From Verrucomicrobiota bacterium (GTDB lineage Bacteria; Verrucomicrobiota; Verrucomicrobiia; Limisphaerales; UBA11358): DNA of 64,000 bases. The DNA lies in the NCBI GenBank assembly GCA_049521735.1, contig JBEKON010000001.1, forward strand, positions 16,351-80,350, given 5' to 3'. Numbering within the stretch: the stretch's first letter is position 1; the number at the start of each line of letters is the position of its first letter. Below are positions 37,032-46,528 of this stretch, in pieces. Made by a program: the position numbers and the translations under genes. The notes under the pieces were generated by a model. It searched no databases, was not told the origin of the DNA, and was given only the letters and a program-made list of their open reading frames with translations.

Positions 37032-37120
37032 GTAGGGCAGCGCTTCCAGCCTGCCTCCATATGAATCTCCCGCTTAAGCGGCTTTCTTAAAATTTGAGAC
37101 AGGCAAGATGCCCGTCCTAC
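37032..37120. repeat. inverted pair of GTAGG-hairpin (REP-like) units
   Basis: Left unit GTAGGGCAGCGCTTCCAGCCTGCC is at 37032..37055. The reverse complement of 37098..37120 is GTAGGACGGGCATCTTGCCTGTC. The core contains the palindrome CCGCTTAAGCGG. The prfA TAG stop (37119..37117) lies inside the GTAG of the right unit. Confidence 0.8.
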
Positions 37121-38196
37121 GTTCTCAACGCCTCCAATCGTTTCTCCAAATCATGTGTCATGAGCGGTTCGAGCAACGGGTCAAGTTCGCCTTCAATGAA
37201 ATTCGCCAGATTGTAAAGCGTCAGCTCAACGCGATGGTCGGTGACGCGGTTTTGCGGAAAATTGTAGGTGCGGATTTTTTCATTGCGTTCGCCGGTGCCG
37301 ACCTGGTCTTTTCGTTGCGCGGCGTATTTCGCATTTTCCTCGGCGACTTTTCGTTCGAATAAACGCGAGCGGAGGACTTTCAGCGCTTTCACCTTGTTTT
37401 TCTGCTGCGAACGTTCGTCGGCGCATCGCACAATCAAACCGCTGGGCTTGTGGATGATTTGCACGGCGGAATCCGTTGTGTTGACGCCCTGGCCGCCTTT
37501 GCCGGAAGCGCGGCAGACGTTGATTTCAATTTCGTCGGGTTTGATTTCCACGTCCACTTCCCCGGCTTCGGGCAGCACGGCGACGGTCGCGGTGCTGGTG
37601 TGGATCCGGCCTTGCGCCTCGGTCGCGGGCACGCGCTGGACGCGATGCACGCCGCTTTCGTATTTGAGCCGTTTGAAAACGTCCGTGCCGGTGACCAAAA
37701 AAATGATTTCCTTGAAACCGCCGAGGTCGGAGGGATTGGAATCCATCGTTTCAACCTTCCAACCGCGCGCCTCTGCATAGCGGCAATACATCCGGTAAAG
37801 ATCGGCGGCGAACAGCGCGGATTCCGAGCCGCCGGCGCCGGCGCGGATTTCGATGATGGTGTTGCGCGAATCGGTCGGGTTCGGCGGAAGCAAACCGCGT
37901 TGTAATTCCAGTGAAAGTTTTTTTTCGGCCGTTTCGAGCCGGGAAATTTCCTCCTTCGCCATCCGTCCCATTTCCGAATCGGGCGCTTCAGCTTCAAGCA
38001 GCGTGCGATTTTCTTCGAGATCGCCCAGCGTTTTCGTGTAAGCCACGCCAATGGTGACGAGTTCCTTCAGGCGCGCATATTCGCGCGAAAGTTCCTGCGC
38101 GCGTTGCGGGTTGTCGAAGGCCTTCGGATCACTCAACGCGGCTTCGATTTCAGCGTAACGCTTGCGGAATTTTTCAATGTGCGGACGGAAATCCAT
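37117..38196 (-). CDS. prfA: peptide chain release factor 1
   Basis: PAT tripeptide (RVQRVPATEAQGRIHTS) and the GGQ motif (SGKGGQGVNT). Confidence 0.95.
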   Translation of the reverse strand: MDFRPHIEKFRKRYAEIEAALSDPKAFDNPQRAQELSREYARLKELVTIGVAYTKTLGDLEENRTLLEAEAPDSEMGRMAKEEISRLETAEKKLSLELQRGLLPPNPTDSRNTIIEIRAGAGGSESALFAADLYRMYCRYAEARGWKVETMDSNPSDLGGFKEIIFLVTGTDVFKRLKYESGVHRVQRVPATEAQGRIHTSTATVAVLPEAGEVDVEIKPDEIEINVCRASGKGGQGVNTTDSAVQIIHKPSGLIVRCADERSQQKNKVKALKVLRSRLFERKVAEENAKYAAQRKDQVGTGERNEKIRTYNFPQNRVTDHRVELTLYNLANFIEGELDPLLEPLMTHDLEKRLEALRT

Positions 38197-38230
38197 TTTT
38201 CAATTTCGGGTTCAAATCATGTGCCATTTG

Positions 38231-38273
38231 CAAAAAAAGGCCACCCGCAATCCCAAAACGGGACGGCGGGCGG
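38231..38273 (-). terminator. rho-independent terminator downstream of rpmE
   Basis: The minus-strand RNA has CCGCCCGC...GCGGGTGG (8 bp with one G-U, plus an inner TCCC/GGGA pairing) followed by CCTTTTTTTGC. Confidence 0.7.
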
Positions 38274-38288
38274 CATTTTGGAAAAAAG

Positions 38289-38531
38289 CTACTTCTTTTT
38301 CTTGCGGGTTGCGGCGGCGGCTTGGGCGGCTTTGGTTTTCACCAGGCGTTGCTGGAATTTATCCACGCGTCCGGCGGTGTCCACGAATTTCTGCTGGCCG
38401 GTGTAGAATGGGTGGCACGCGTTGCAGATGCCGACGATAATCACAGGCTTGGTGGAGCGTGTTTTGATCACGTTGCCGCAGGCGCAACGGATTTCCGCAT
38501 CCACATATTTCGGATGAATGTCCGTCTTCAT
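38289..38531 (-). CDS. rpmE: 50S ribosomal protein L31
   Basis: MKTDIHPKY...CACGN...[10 protein letters not shown]. Start at ATG 38531. Confidence 0.95.
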   Translation of the reverse strand: MKTDIHPKYVDAEIRCACGNVIKTRSTKPVIIVGICNACHPFYTGQQKFVDTAGRVDKFQQRLVKTKAAQAAAATRKKKK

Positions 38532-38582
38532 AAAAAGGGGCGGAAAGTTATCACGCACGAGCCGGATGACAAGAGGGAATTT

Positions 38583-39767
38583 TCACACCCCGCCAATCCA
38601 CTTGCGGTCTTCCCAAACGGCTTTCAACGAGGTCAAGTTGCGCCGGTCGAAAATGTTTCTGGCTGCGGCACCAAGCTTGCCCTTTCTGAGATTGTTCCAT
38701 GCATCACTCGCATTGACGGCCACGAGCTGGAGCACGCTGGGATCGCGATAGCAGTCAATCATGCAGCGTGTGCAACCGTCACGAATGAGTTTCGACTGGT
38801 CGAACTCGTAAATCTTGCACATCGGCGTTTCCCAAAAATGGCAGCGGTAAAGGTCGAGATTCCAGTCGAGGTAAAAATATTTATGACCGGCAAGGCAGCC
38901 GAATTTTTCACGTTCGCCGCGTAAATGCCGCTGCATTTCATTCAGGGATTCCATCGGATTGATGACAGGGAAACCACTGCGCCGTTTCATCCGTTTGATT
39001 TTCTCGAACACCCCGATCAACTCATCTTTTGTGTAACTCACCAGGCTGCTGTCGCTGAAACTCAAGTAGCTGCTGGCCAGCGAAGTCAGCGGATAACTGA
39101 ACGTGCAGCTCTTGAAACCGAGTGTTTCGAGAAACGCAGGCAGTTTGTCGTAATCGTCAATCAACCGGCTTGCTGTGATGCTCGCGGTGGTTTGAATGCC
39201 GGCCGAGTGGAAGAATTCATTGGCGCGTTTGATTTTTTTGCAGACATCCGGCAGTCCGCGGTTTTTCTCATGTTTCACGACATCATGAGCATCAATGGAC
39301 ATGATGACACTGCTCAAGCCATCGTTTGCGAAGCCGCGCATGTTCTCTTCGGTCCACAAACCTCCGTTCGTGCAGATCATCGGGTGGATGCCGCGCTCCG
39401 CCGCGTAGCGCGTCATCGCCCGCAAATCGCGATGCACCATCGGTTCGCCGCCGACGAAAAGCAGATAATCAATGTGGTTCTTGACGCAAATATCAATCAC
39501 GTCACGCGCCTCCTGAAGTGTCACGCTGCGTCCCGCCTTCGGATTGGATTTCGAACGCGCAAAGCCGCAGAAATCGCAGTCCGCATTGCAAATGTTCGTT
39601 ATGGCAAATTGCAGGTAACCCGGCCCGCCATGATTGAGCACTTCACCGATGAGTTTGAGCGCGCCCTTTTTGAGGCGCATGACTGGTTTGGAAAAGTCCG
39701 GCGGTACCGCAGCCGTCGGAGCGGCTTTGGCAATACGCGGACTTGTCGTAATGGGTGCATTACTCAT
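38583..39767 (-). CDS. radical SAM protein with Cys-rich C-terminal (SPASM/twitch-like) region
   Basis: FAITNICNADCDFCGF contains the CxxxCxxC cluster motif. The C-terminus has CLAGHKYFYLD...CHFWETPMC...CTRCMIDC. Start at ATG 39767. Confidence 0.8.
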   Translation of the reverse strand: MSNAPITTSPRIAKAAPTAAVPPDFSKPVMRLKKGALKLIGEVLNHGGPGYLQFAITNICNADCDFCGFARSKSNPKAGRSVTLQEARDVIDICVKNHIDYLLFVGGEPMVHRDLRAMTRYAAERGIHPMICTNGGLWTEENMRGFANDGLSSVIMSIDAHDVVKHEKNRGLPDVCKKIKRANEFFHSAGIQTTASITASRLIDDYDKLPAFLETLGFKSCTFSYPLTSLASSYLSFSDSSLVSYTKDELIGVFEKIKRMKRRSGFPVINPMESLNEMQRHLRGEREKFGCLAGHKYFYLDWNLDLYRCHFWETPMCKIYEFDQSKLIRDGCTRCMIDCYRDPSVLQLVAVNASDAWNNLRKGKLGAAARNIFDRRNLTSLKAVWEDRKWIGGV

Positions 39768-39906
39768 GTTAAACCACAGTATTATGTCCCCTGGAGATGT
39801 TGGGGGCAAACCCTCTTTTGTTCGTAAAAAACCGTTTGTTGATGATTTTCACTTTGCGTGGAACATGCGGAAAGCTTAGTATTATTGCGCTTGGTATGGT
39901 TGCGTT

Positions 39907-39980
39907 TGTCCGATGGTGTAATGGTAACACAGCGCCCTTTGGAGGCGTTATTCATGGTTCGAATCCATGTCGGACAGCCA
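39907..39980 (+). tRNA. tRNA-Gln (anticodon TTG), CCA encoded
   Basis: TGTCCGATGGTGTAATGGTAACACAGCGCCCTTTGGAGGCGTTATTCATGGTTCGAATCCATGTCGGACAGCCA. It has a 7-bp acceptor stem, the anticodon loop CTTTGGA and a GTTCGAATC T-loop. Confidence 0.9.
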
Positions 39981-40109
39981 ATCTGGATTTTTTTGTGAAC
40001 CTCTCTTGAAGTCCGCTCATTCGTAAACTTCCAACACCAGTTTACCGGGGAAAGCGTTGATTTGCATCTTCATGCTTTCGGTCATGCCCGCCGCGTTGTT
40101 CGCGTCTGT

Positions 40110-42749
40110 TTATTTATGGGGGTCATCTTTCCGGATTTTTCGCTCCGCCTCAAGCCAGTCCTGAACCGCTCGACCGTCCTGGCGGCCTCGCTGCTCGTAG
40201 AGTTCATAGGCCCGTGTGGTGATCTGCGGTGTAAGATCGAGCGGCTTCTTGGCCAACAATGAGGCTTTGACTGGATCAAAAATCCGATATGCGAGCAGTT
40301 TCACGCGGTCACTCAAGAGTGCCCATATAAGTGCATATCCCCATACGAACCCGGCCCAACCCCAGCCGAGGGGTGTCATAAGGAATCCGTAGACCGCGAT
40401 GAACGTCGCCACGATTTGTGTGCCGAGCACGGCCACCCATAAAATCCGCGCGGGGCGGATGGACCAGAACGCGCCGCGCGTACGCGTCAGGAAAATCGTC
40501 AGATGTCCCGCCACGGACAGCATCAGATACATCAGCGTCTGGAGATGCGGACGGTCGAGGTGAAAAACGCGGTCGCCAAGGTAAAATAGGCCGAACGCGG
40601 CCACCGGGCCGATGACACCCAGCACCGAGGCAATCCCCAGCACCATGCGCATGTTCCAAGCCTCGGGTTGATCCTTGTAGTGAACGTTGTCATAGGCAAT
40701 GGACAGGATGGCGCCGTCGTTGAGCAACGCCAGCATCACGATCATCACCGCCGTCAATGGATAAAAGTTGAAGATCAGGATCGCCAGCGTCATGAACAAC
40801 AGCACGCGCAGCGTCTCGGCGATGCGGTAAATTGCGTAGCTGTTCATCCGCTGAAAGATGCGGCGGCTCTCCTTGATCGCGTCAATAATCACCGACAGGC
40901 CGGGCGTCGTCAGCACGATGGCCGCCGCCGCGCGCGCCGCGTCCGTCGCGCCCGAAACGGCGATGCCGCAGTCGGCTTTCTTCAGCGCGGGAGCGTCGTT
41001 CACCCCGTCGCCCGTCATACCGACCATGTGGCCGCGTTTTTGCAGGACATCCACAATGTGGAATTTGTGTTCGGGGAACACCTGTGCGAAACCGTCAGCC
41101 TTCTCAATGGACTCGGCCACCGGTGCGGTCTCTTCATGCTCGACATCACCCAAGCCACCGGCATCGAGGATATTTGTGCCCATGTCTAACTTTTTGGCGG
41201 TTTCCTGGGCGATGGCCAGGGCATCGCCCGTCACCATCTTGATCTTCACGCCCATCTTGCCAGCGGTCGCGATGGTGGCCTTGGCATCTTCGCGCGGCGG
41301 ATCAAACAGAGGCAACACGCCGACAAACTGCCATTGCCCGTCGCCTTCAGCCCGGGCCACGCCCAACGAACGAAAGCCGCGCGCCGCGAATTCGTTGACC
41401 GCCTTCTCGACGGTGGGCTTCACTTGCCCGGCATTGGCCGACAATGCCAGAATCACCTGCGGCGCGCCCTTCGTCACCTTGAACGTCTTTCCGACTTTGG
41501 CTTTGACGGTGGCCTCGGTGCGTTTATGCACCGGGTCGAACGGCTGGAAATGAACCACCTCATAAGCCTTCAAAGGCTCTTTGTCTTTCAGTCCACCTAG
41601 CACGGCCAGATCAATGGTGTCGTTGTTGTCCGCACGCGACGCCAGCGCGCCATTGAGGATGACTTGTTCGGCGGGGACATTGTTTACGCTGAACGGATCG
41701 CCCAGCGTCAATTTGTTCTGGGTCAGGGTGCCGGTCTTGTCCGCGCACAGCACGTCCACGCCCGCCAGTTCCTCGATGGCTACCAGCTTGCTCACAATCG
41801 CCTTTTTCTTGGCGAGCAGGCGCGCGCCGACCGCCATCGTCACCGACAACACCGTCGGCATCGCCACGGGAATCGCCGCCACGGTCAGCACCAGGGCGAA
41901 CTGCAACGTGGTGAGGATCGGGTCGCCACGGAAGATCGCGACAGTAATGATCACCGCCACCATCGCCACCGCGAGGATGATCAGGTAATTGCCGATCTTC
42001 AAAACCGCCTTTTGAAAATGGCTGACGGTATGCGCCTCCTGCACGAGTGACGCCGTCTTACCAAAGTAGGTGTTCGCACCTGTGGCATAGACCAGCGCGC
42101 CAATTTCGCCCTGACGAATGATCGAACCGGAAAACACCGCCTCGCCGGATTTGCGCGTGGCGGGCAAAGATTCTCCCGTCAGTGCGGACTGATCCACCTC
42201 CACCGGGTCGCCGTCCAACAAGCGCGCATCCGCCGGCACAATGTCGCCCAAGCGCACACGAATGACGTCGCCCGGCACCAACTCACGCGCCGCCGGGTTG
42301 ATCCACTTCCCGTCCCGTTTCACCCGTGCCTTGATCGCCAGCTTGGCTTTCAAGGCAGCGATGGCGTTGCCCGCCTCGTGTTCTTCCCAGAATCCGACCA
42401 CCGCGTTGGCCAGAAGCAAAAGAAGGATGATGAAAAAATCCGGCCAGTGCCGAACCACGCCCGACAGAATGACCGCCGCCTCGATCATCCACGGAATCGG
42501 TCCCCAAAAATAGGAGAGGAATTTCAGGAACGGATTGGTTTTCTTTTCTTCAATCTCGTTGGGGCCATATTGGGTCAGCCGTTTCTGCGCCTCGGCTTGG
42601 GTGAGACCTTCTGACGAAGATCCCAATTTTTTCTCCACCTCCGGCAGCGGCAGGGTTTTCAAATCGTTCTTCGGATCGGGTTTGGCATCGGGCTTCGATC
42701 CCAGCTTCGATTCTGCGGGAGCCTTGGGCTGATCGGCACTGGGTTTCAT
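40110..42749 (-). CDS. P-type ATPase, plasma-membrane proton-pump (P3A) type, with DUF2934-like C-terminal tail
   Basis: DKTGTLT, MVTGD and GDGVNDAPALKKADCGIAV motifs. The N-terminus GLTQAEAQKRLTQYGPNEIEEKKTNPFLKFLSYFWGPIPWMIEAA resembles AHA/PMA-type pumps. The last ~43 aa (RAYELYEQRGRQDGRAVQDWLEAERKI) resemble DUF2934. Confidence 0.85.
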   Translation of the reverse strand: MKPSADQPKAPAESKLGSKPDAKPDPKNDLKTLPLPEVEKKLGSSSEGLTQAEAQKRLTQYGPNEIEEKKTNPFLKFLSYFWGPIPWMIEAAVILSGVVRHWPDFFIILLLLLANAVVGFWEEHEAGNAIAALKAKLAIKARVKRDGKWINPAARELVPGDVIRVRLGDIVPADARLLDGDPVEVDQSALTGESLPATRKSGEAVFSGSIIRQGEIGALVYATGANTYFGKTASLVQEAHTVSHFQKAVLKIGNYLIILAVAMVAVIITVAIFRGDPILTTLQFALVLTVAAIPVAMPTVLSVTMAVGARLLAKKKAIVSKLVAIEELAGVDVLCADKTGTLTQNKLTLGDPFSVNNVPAEQVILNGALASRADNNDTIDLAVLGGLKDKEPLKAYEVVHFQPFDPVHKRTEATVKAKVGKTFKVTKGAPQVILALSANAGQVKPTVEKAVNEFAARGFRSLGVARAEGDGQWQFVGVLPLFDPPREDAKATIATAGKMGVKIKMVTGDALAIAQETAKKLDMGTNILDAGGLGDVEHEETAPVAESIEKADGFAQVFPEHKFHIVDVLQKRGHMVGMTGDGVNDAPALKKADCGIAVSGATDAARAAAAIVLTTPGLSVIIDAIKESRRIFQRMNSYAIYRIAETLRVLLFMTLAILIFNFYPLTAVMIVMLALLNDGAILSIAYDNVHYKDQPEAWNMRMVLGIASVLGVIGPVAAFGLFYLGDRVFHLDRPHLQTLMYLMLSVAGHLTIFLTRTRGAFWSIRPARILWVAVLGTQIVATFIAVYGFLMTPLGWGWAGFVWGYALIWALLSDRVKLLAYRIFDPVKASLLAKKPLDLTPQITTRAYELYEQRGRQDGRAVQDWLEAERKIRKDDPHK

Positions 42750-42815
42750 AATGGATATTCTTCTGTCTTTGCTATGCCGCAGGTTTCGTGAGCTGCGGAA
42801 TACTTGTTGTCATGC

Positions 42816-43838
42816 TCATGTCCTTTCCATCGCGGCAGTGTATTCACCACGGCGCGCCGCCCGGTTGCACCTGGCCCGATGAAGCAAAGCTTGTTGCGCC
42901 GCTTTCACGTTGGCCTCCTTGCCCTGCCAAATCTCCAAAGCCGGTTGCTGGATGGCTCTGGCATACGAAAACGCCAACGCCCAAGGCAATCGCGACTTGA
43001 ACCTGACATTCATGGCATTTAAACGGGCGGAGGCCAGTTCAGCGGATTGGCCGCCCGACAAAAACGCAATCCCCGGAACGGCAGCGGGGACGGCCCGCAA
43101 GAGACACCTCACCGTGGCATCAGCCACCTCGTCCACCGTTGCTTGCTTGGGGCAGGTCAATCCCGGAAGCACCATGTTGGGCTTCAGAATCATGCCTTCC
43201 AGTATCACCCGTTGTCCGTAAAGCTGGTTGAAAACCGTTCGCAGAACTTCCTCCGTGACCTCGCGGCACCGCTCCAGGGTATGCCCGCCGTCCATGAGCA
43301 CTTCCGGCTCGACGACGGGGACCAGTCCGGCTTCCTGGCACAACGCGGCATAGCGCGCCAGCGCGTGCGCGTTGGCTTCGATGCAACCCCGGCTGGGAAT
43401 ACCATCGGCAATGGTAATCACCGCGCGCCACTTAGCAAGACGGGCGCCCATTTGAAAGTATTCAGCCAGCCGGTCGCGCAATCCATCCAGACCTTCGGTT
43501 ATTTTCTCTCCGGGATGACCGGCCATGTCTTTGGCACCGGTATCTACTTTGATGCCGGGAATGATTTCCGCATCGGTGATGGCTTTAACAAAGAGAGTGC
43601 CGTCTGTTTTTTTCTGGCGGATCGTTTCGTCATAGAGAATCACGCCACTAATGCTCTTACCCAGACCGGGCGTGGTGATTATCAACTCCCGGTAGTCGCG
43701 CCGGGCATCCACTGTCTGCGGAATGTCCAGCTTTGCGAATCTCTTGTTGCAGGTGGGATTACTTTCATCCATCGCCAGCAGGCCCTTGTCGTCGGCGACC
43801 AGCGCCCTCGCGGTGTCTATCAGATTTTGCGCATTCAT
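42816..43838 (-). CDS. fba: fructose-bisphosphate aldolase, class I
   Basis: GLLAMDESNPTCNKRF and the overall class I pattern. Start at ATG 43838 (MNAQNLIDTARAL). Confidence 0.9.
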   Translation of the reverse strand: MNAQNLIDTARALVADDKGLLAMDESNPTCNKRFAKLDIPQTVDARRDYRELIITTPGLGKSISGVILYDETIRQKKTDGTLFVKAITDAEIIPGIKVDTGAKDMAGHPGEKITEGLDGLRDRLAEYFQMGARLAKWRAVITIADGIPSRGCIEANAHALARYAALCQEAGLVPVVEPEVLMDGGHTLERCREVTEEVLRTVFNQLYGQRVILEGMILKPNMVLPGLTCPKQATVDEVADATVRCLLRAVPAAVPGIAFLSGGQSAELASARLNAMNVRFKSRLPWALAFSYARAIQQPALEIWQGKEANVKAAQQALLHRARCNRAARRGEYTAAMERT

Positions 43839-43878
43839 TTGAGATGTTTTTGGTTGTGAAAGTTTGGCGGTGGTTCTG

Positions 43879-44103
43879 TTACTGCCCGACAGCGGCTGGC
43901 ACCATCGGCTGCGAATGACCATGAATCGGCCAGCGCAAGTCGCCGGTCATCAAATAAATCAGCATGGCCGCCAGCATCAAAATCACGCAGAACCAGATAC
44001 GCCAATCACGATGGGCACGTTTCCAATAAGGACGATGGCCATGATGAAGTTCTTTGCCATTTGGATTTTCAAACCGGTGGTGATCATGCTTTAGCTCATT
44101 CAT
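43879..44103 (-). CDS. small His-rich single-TM protein (74 aa)
   Basis: [52 protein letters not shown]... Its ATG at 44103 overlaps the xfp stop (ATGAATGA). Confidence 0.5.
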   Translation of the reverse strand: MNELKHDHHRFENPNGKELHHGHRPYWKRAHRDWRIWFCVILMLAAMLIYLMTGDLRWPIHGHSQPMVPAAVGQ

Positions 44104-46525
44104 TGGTTCTCTGCTTTCTCGTTCCCTTCCCGAAGGATTTCGGGCCGGCATTGTTACTGCCTGGCACCATCCACTTCCAGTTCCGGATTTCCGGCATGTC
44201 CTGGCCGTGCTTGTCAATGTACTGCTTGTGCTCGATGAGCTTGTCCTGCATCTGCTGCTTCAGGTAGGCACCCTTGGCACCCAAATGCGGCAAGCGATCA
44301 ACCACGTCTTGCACCAGGTGAAACCTGTCTAGCTTGTTCTGTACCCTAATGTCAAAGGCCGTCGTGATGGTGCCCTCTTCCACGTAGCCCCGGACGTGGA
44401 GGTTGCGGTTGGTCCGGCGGTAGGTCAGCCGGTGAACCAGCCAGGGGTATCCATGGAAGCCAAAGATGATGTGCTTGTCTTTGGTGAATAGCGCATCGTA
44501 ATCCATTTCGCTCAGCCCGTGCGGGTGTTCGGTTTGCGGCTGCAACTTCATGAGGTCAACGACGTTGATCACCCGGATTTTCAGATCAGGCAGATGCTGG
44601 CGCAGAATGGAAACGGCGGCCAGAATCTCCAGCGTGGGCGTGTCGCCGCAGCAGGCCATGACCACATCCGGTTCGGTGCCCTGGTCGTTGCTGGCCCATT
44701 GCCAGATGCCAATTCCTTCGGTGCAATGCACGACCGCCTCTTCCATGGTCAACCATTGGGGCAGGGCGTGTTTGCCGGCCACCACCACGTTGACGTAATG
44801 CCGGCTGCGCAGGCAGTGATCCATCACCGATAGCAGGCAGTTGGCGTCGGGTGGAAGGTAAACGCGCACGATATCGGCCTTCTTGTTGACAACGTGGTCG
44901 AGGAAGCCGGGATCCTGGTGCGTGAAGCCGTTGTGATCCTGCTGCCAGACGTGGGAAGCGAGCAGATAGTTCAGCGACGCGATCTTCCGGCGCCAAGGCA
45001 ATTCCAACGTTACCTTCAGCCACTTGGCGTGCTGGCTGAACATCGAGTCGACGATGCGAATGAAGGCCTCATAGCTGTTGAACAGCCCGTGCCGTCCGGT
45101 CAGCAGATAACCTTCCAACCAACCCTCGCACTGGTGCTCGCTGAGCATCGAGTCCAACACGCGCCCGGCGGGCGCGAGAAATTCATCATTCTTTACTTCC
45201 CGGGCGTCCCACTGACGATTGGTTGCTTCAAAAACCGCGCCGAGGAGATTTGAGAGTGTCTCATCGGGACCGAAGACACGGAAATTACGCTGATCCTGAT
45301 TCAGCTTGGCCACGTCACGTAGGAACTTACCCAGCACCATCGTATCCTGGCCATCAACGGCACCGGGCGAAGGCACCTTCACTGCGTGGACGTGAAAATC
45401 CGGCATGCGCAGGTCGCGCAGCAGAATGCCGCCGTTGGCGTGCGGATTGGCGCCCATCCGCCGGTCGCCCTTCGGCGCCAGCTCGGCCAATTCCGGCATG
45501 AGCCGGCCATTTTTATCGAACAGCTCCTCGGCCTTGTAACTTTTCATCCAGCTTTCGAGCTGCTTGACATGATCGGGATGCGCGGAGTCCACCAAGAGCG
45601 GCACCTGATGCGCTCGGAAGGTGCCCTCGACTTTCAGGCCATCCACTTCTTTCGGTCCCGTCCAACCCTTGGGCGACTTGAGGACGATCATTGGCCAGCG
45701 CGGACGAGTGGTGTCGTTTTTGCTCCGCGCATTCTTTTGGATTCGCCGGATGTCCTCGATGGCCGTTTCCAAGGTGTCGGCCATGAGTTCATGCATCTTT
45801 TCCGGCTCATCGCCTTCCACAAAGTAAGGCGTCCAGCCGCAGCCACGGAAAAATTGTTCCAATTCCTCATGCTCGATGCGGGCCAGGACGGTCGGGTTGC
45901 TGATCTTGTAACCATTGAGGTGCAGGATCGGCAGCACGGCTCCGTCGGTGATCGGGTCGAGAAACTTGTTGGACTGCCATGCTGTGGCCAGCGGTCCGGT
46001 TTCCGCCTCACCGTCGCCGATGACGCAGGCGACGATCAAATCGGGATTGTCGAACGCGGCCCCGAAGGCATGGCTAAGAGAGTACCCCAGCTCGCCGCCT
46101 TCGTGAATCGACCCTGGCGTCGTCGGCGCAACATGGCTGGAAATCCCGCCGGGAAACGAGAATTGCGTGAACAGCTTTTTCAGCCCGGCTTCGTCCTGGG
46201 TGACGTCCGGATAGATTTCACTCCAGGTGCCTTCGAGGTAAACGTTGCCCACCAGCGCCGGGCCGCCGTGACCGGGACCGGCGATGTAGAACATGTCCAG
46301 GTCATATTTCTTTATGACCCGGTTCAAATGCACATAGATGAAGTTCTGGCCTGGCGTCGTGCCCCAGTGTCCGACCACCAGCGGCTTCACGTCGGAGAGT
46401 TTCAGCGGTCGTTTCAGCAGCGGATTGTCATAGAGATAAATCTGCCCGACCGACAGATAGTTGGCGGCGCGCCAGTAGGCGTCCATCTTGTGGAGCAGTT
46501 CCGGCGTGAGTGTGTTGGTTTTCAT
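44096..46525 (-). CDS. xfp: xylulose-5-phosphate/fructose-6-phosphate phosphoketolase
   Basis: [32 protein letters not shown] and EGGELGY motifs. About 800 aa. Confidence 0.95.
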   Translation of the reverse strand: MKTNTLTPELLHKMDAYWRAANYLSVGQIYLYDNPLLKRPLKLSDVKPLVVGHWGTTPGQNFIYVHLNRVIKKYDLDMFYIAGPGHGGPALVGNVYLEGTWSEIYPDVTQDEAGLKKLFTQFSFPGGISSHVAPTTPGSIHEGGELGYSLSHAFGAAFDNPDLIVACVIGDGEAETGPLATAWQSNKFLDPITDGAVLPILHLNGYKISNPTVLARIEHEELEQFFRGCGWTPYFVEGDEPEKMHELMADTLETAIEDIRRIQKNARSKNDTTRPRWPMIVLKSPKGWTGPKEVDGLKVEGTFRAHQVPLLVDSAHPDHVKQLESWMKSYKAEELFDKNGRLMPELAELAPKGDRRMGANPHANGGILLRDLRMPDFHVHAVKVPSPGAVDGQDTMVLGKFLRDVAKLNQDQRNFRVFGPDETLSNLLGAVFEATNRQWDAREVKNDEFLAPAGRVLDSMLSEHQCEGWLEGYLLTGRHGLFNSYEAFIRIVDSMFSQHAKWLKVTLELPWRRKIASLNYLLASHVWQQDHNGFTHQDPGFLDHVVNKKADIVRVYLPPDANCLLSVMDHCLRSRHYVNVVVAGKHALPQWLTMEEAVVHCTEGIGIWQWASNDQGTEPDVVMACCGDTPTLEILAAVSILRQHLPDLKIRVINVVDLMKLQPQTEHPHGLSEMDYDALFTKDKHIIFGFHGYPWLVHRLTYRRTNRNLHVRGYVEEGTITTAFDIRVQNKLDRFHLVQDVVDRLPHLGAKGAYLKQQMQDKLIEHKQYIDKHGQDMPEIRNWKWMVPGSNNAGPKSFGKGTRKQRTNE

Positions 46526-46528
46526 GGT

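Noticed and set aside
42750-42815. Hairpin CCGCAG...CTGCGG between fba and the ATPase gene as a terminator or riboswitch
   Set aside because: The 6-bp stem has no U-tract, and I recognise no conserved riboswitch core (such as an M-box). It is more likely an incidental structure within an operon.
44275-44289. TGGCAC-N5-TGCG resembling a sigma-54 -24/-12 element
   Set aside because: It lies inside the xfp coding region on the non-coding strand, the -12 element is imperfect, and there is no downstream plus-strand gene.
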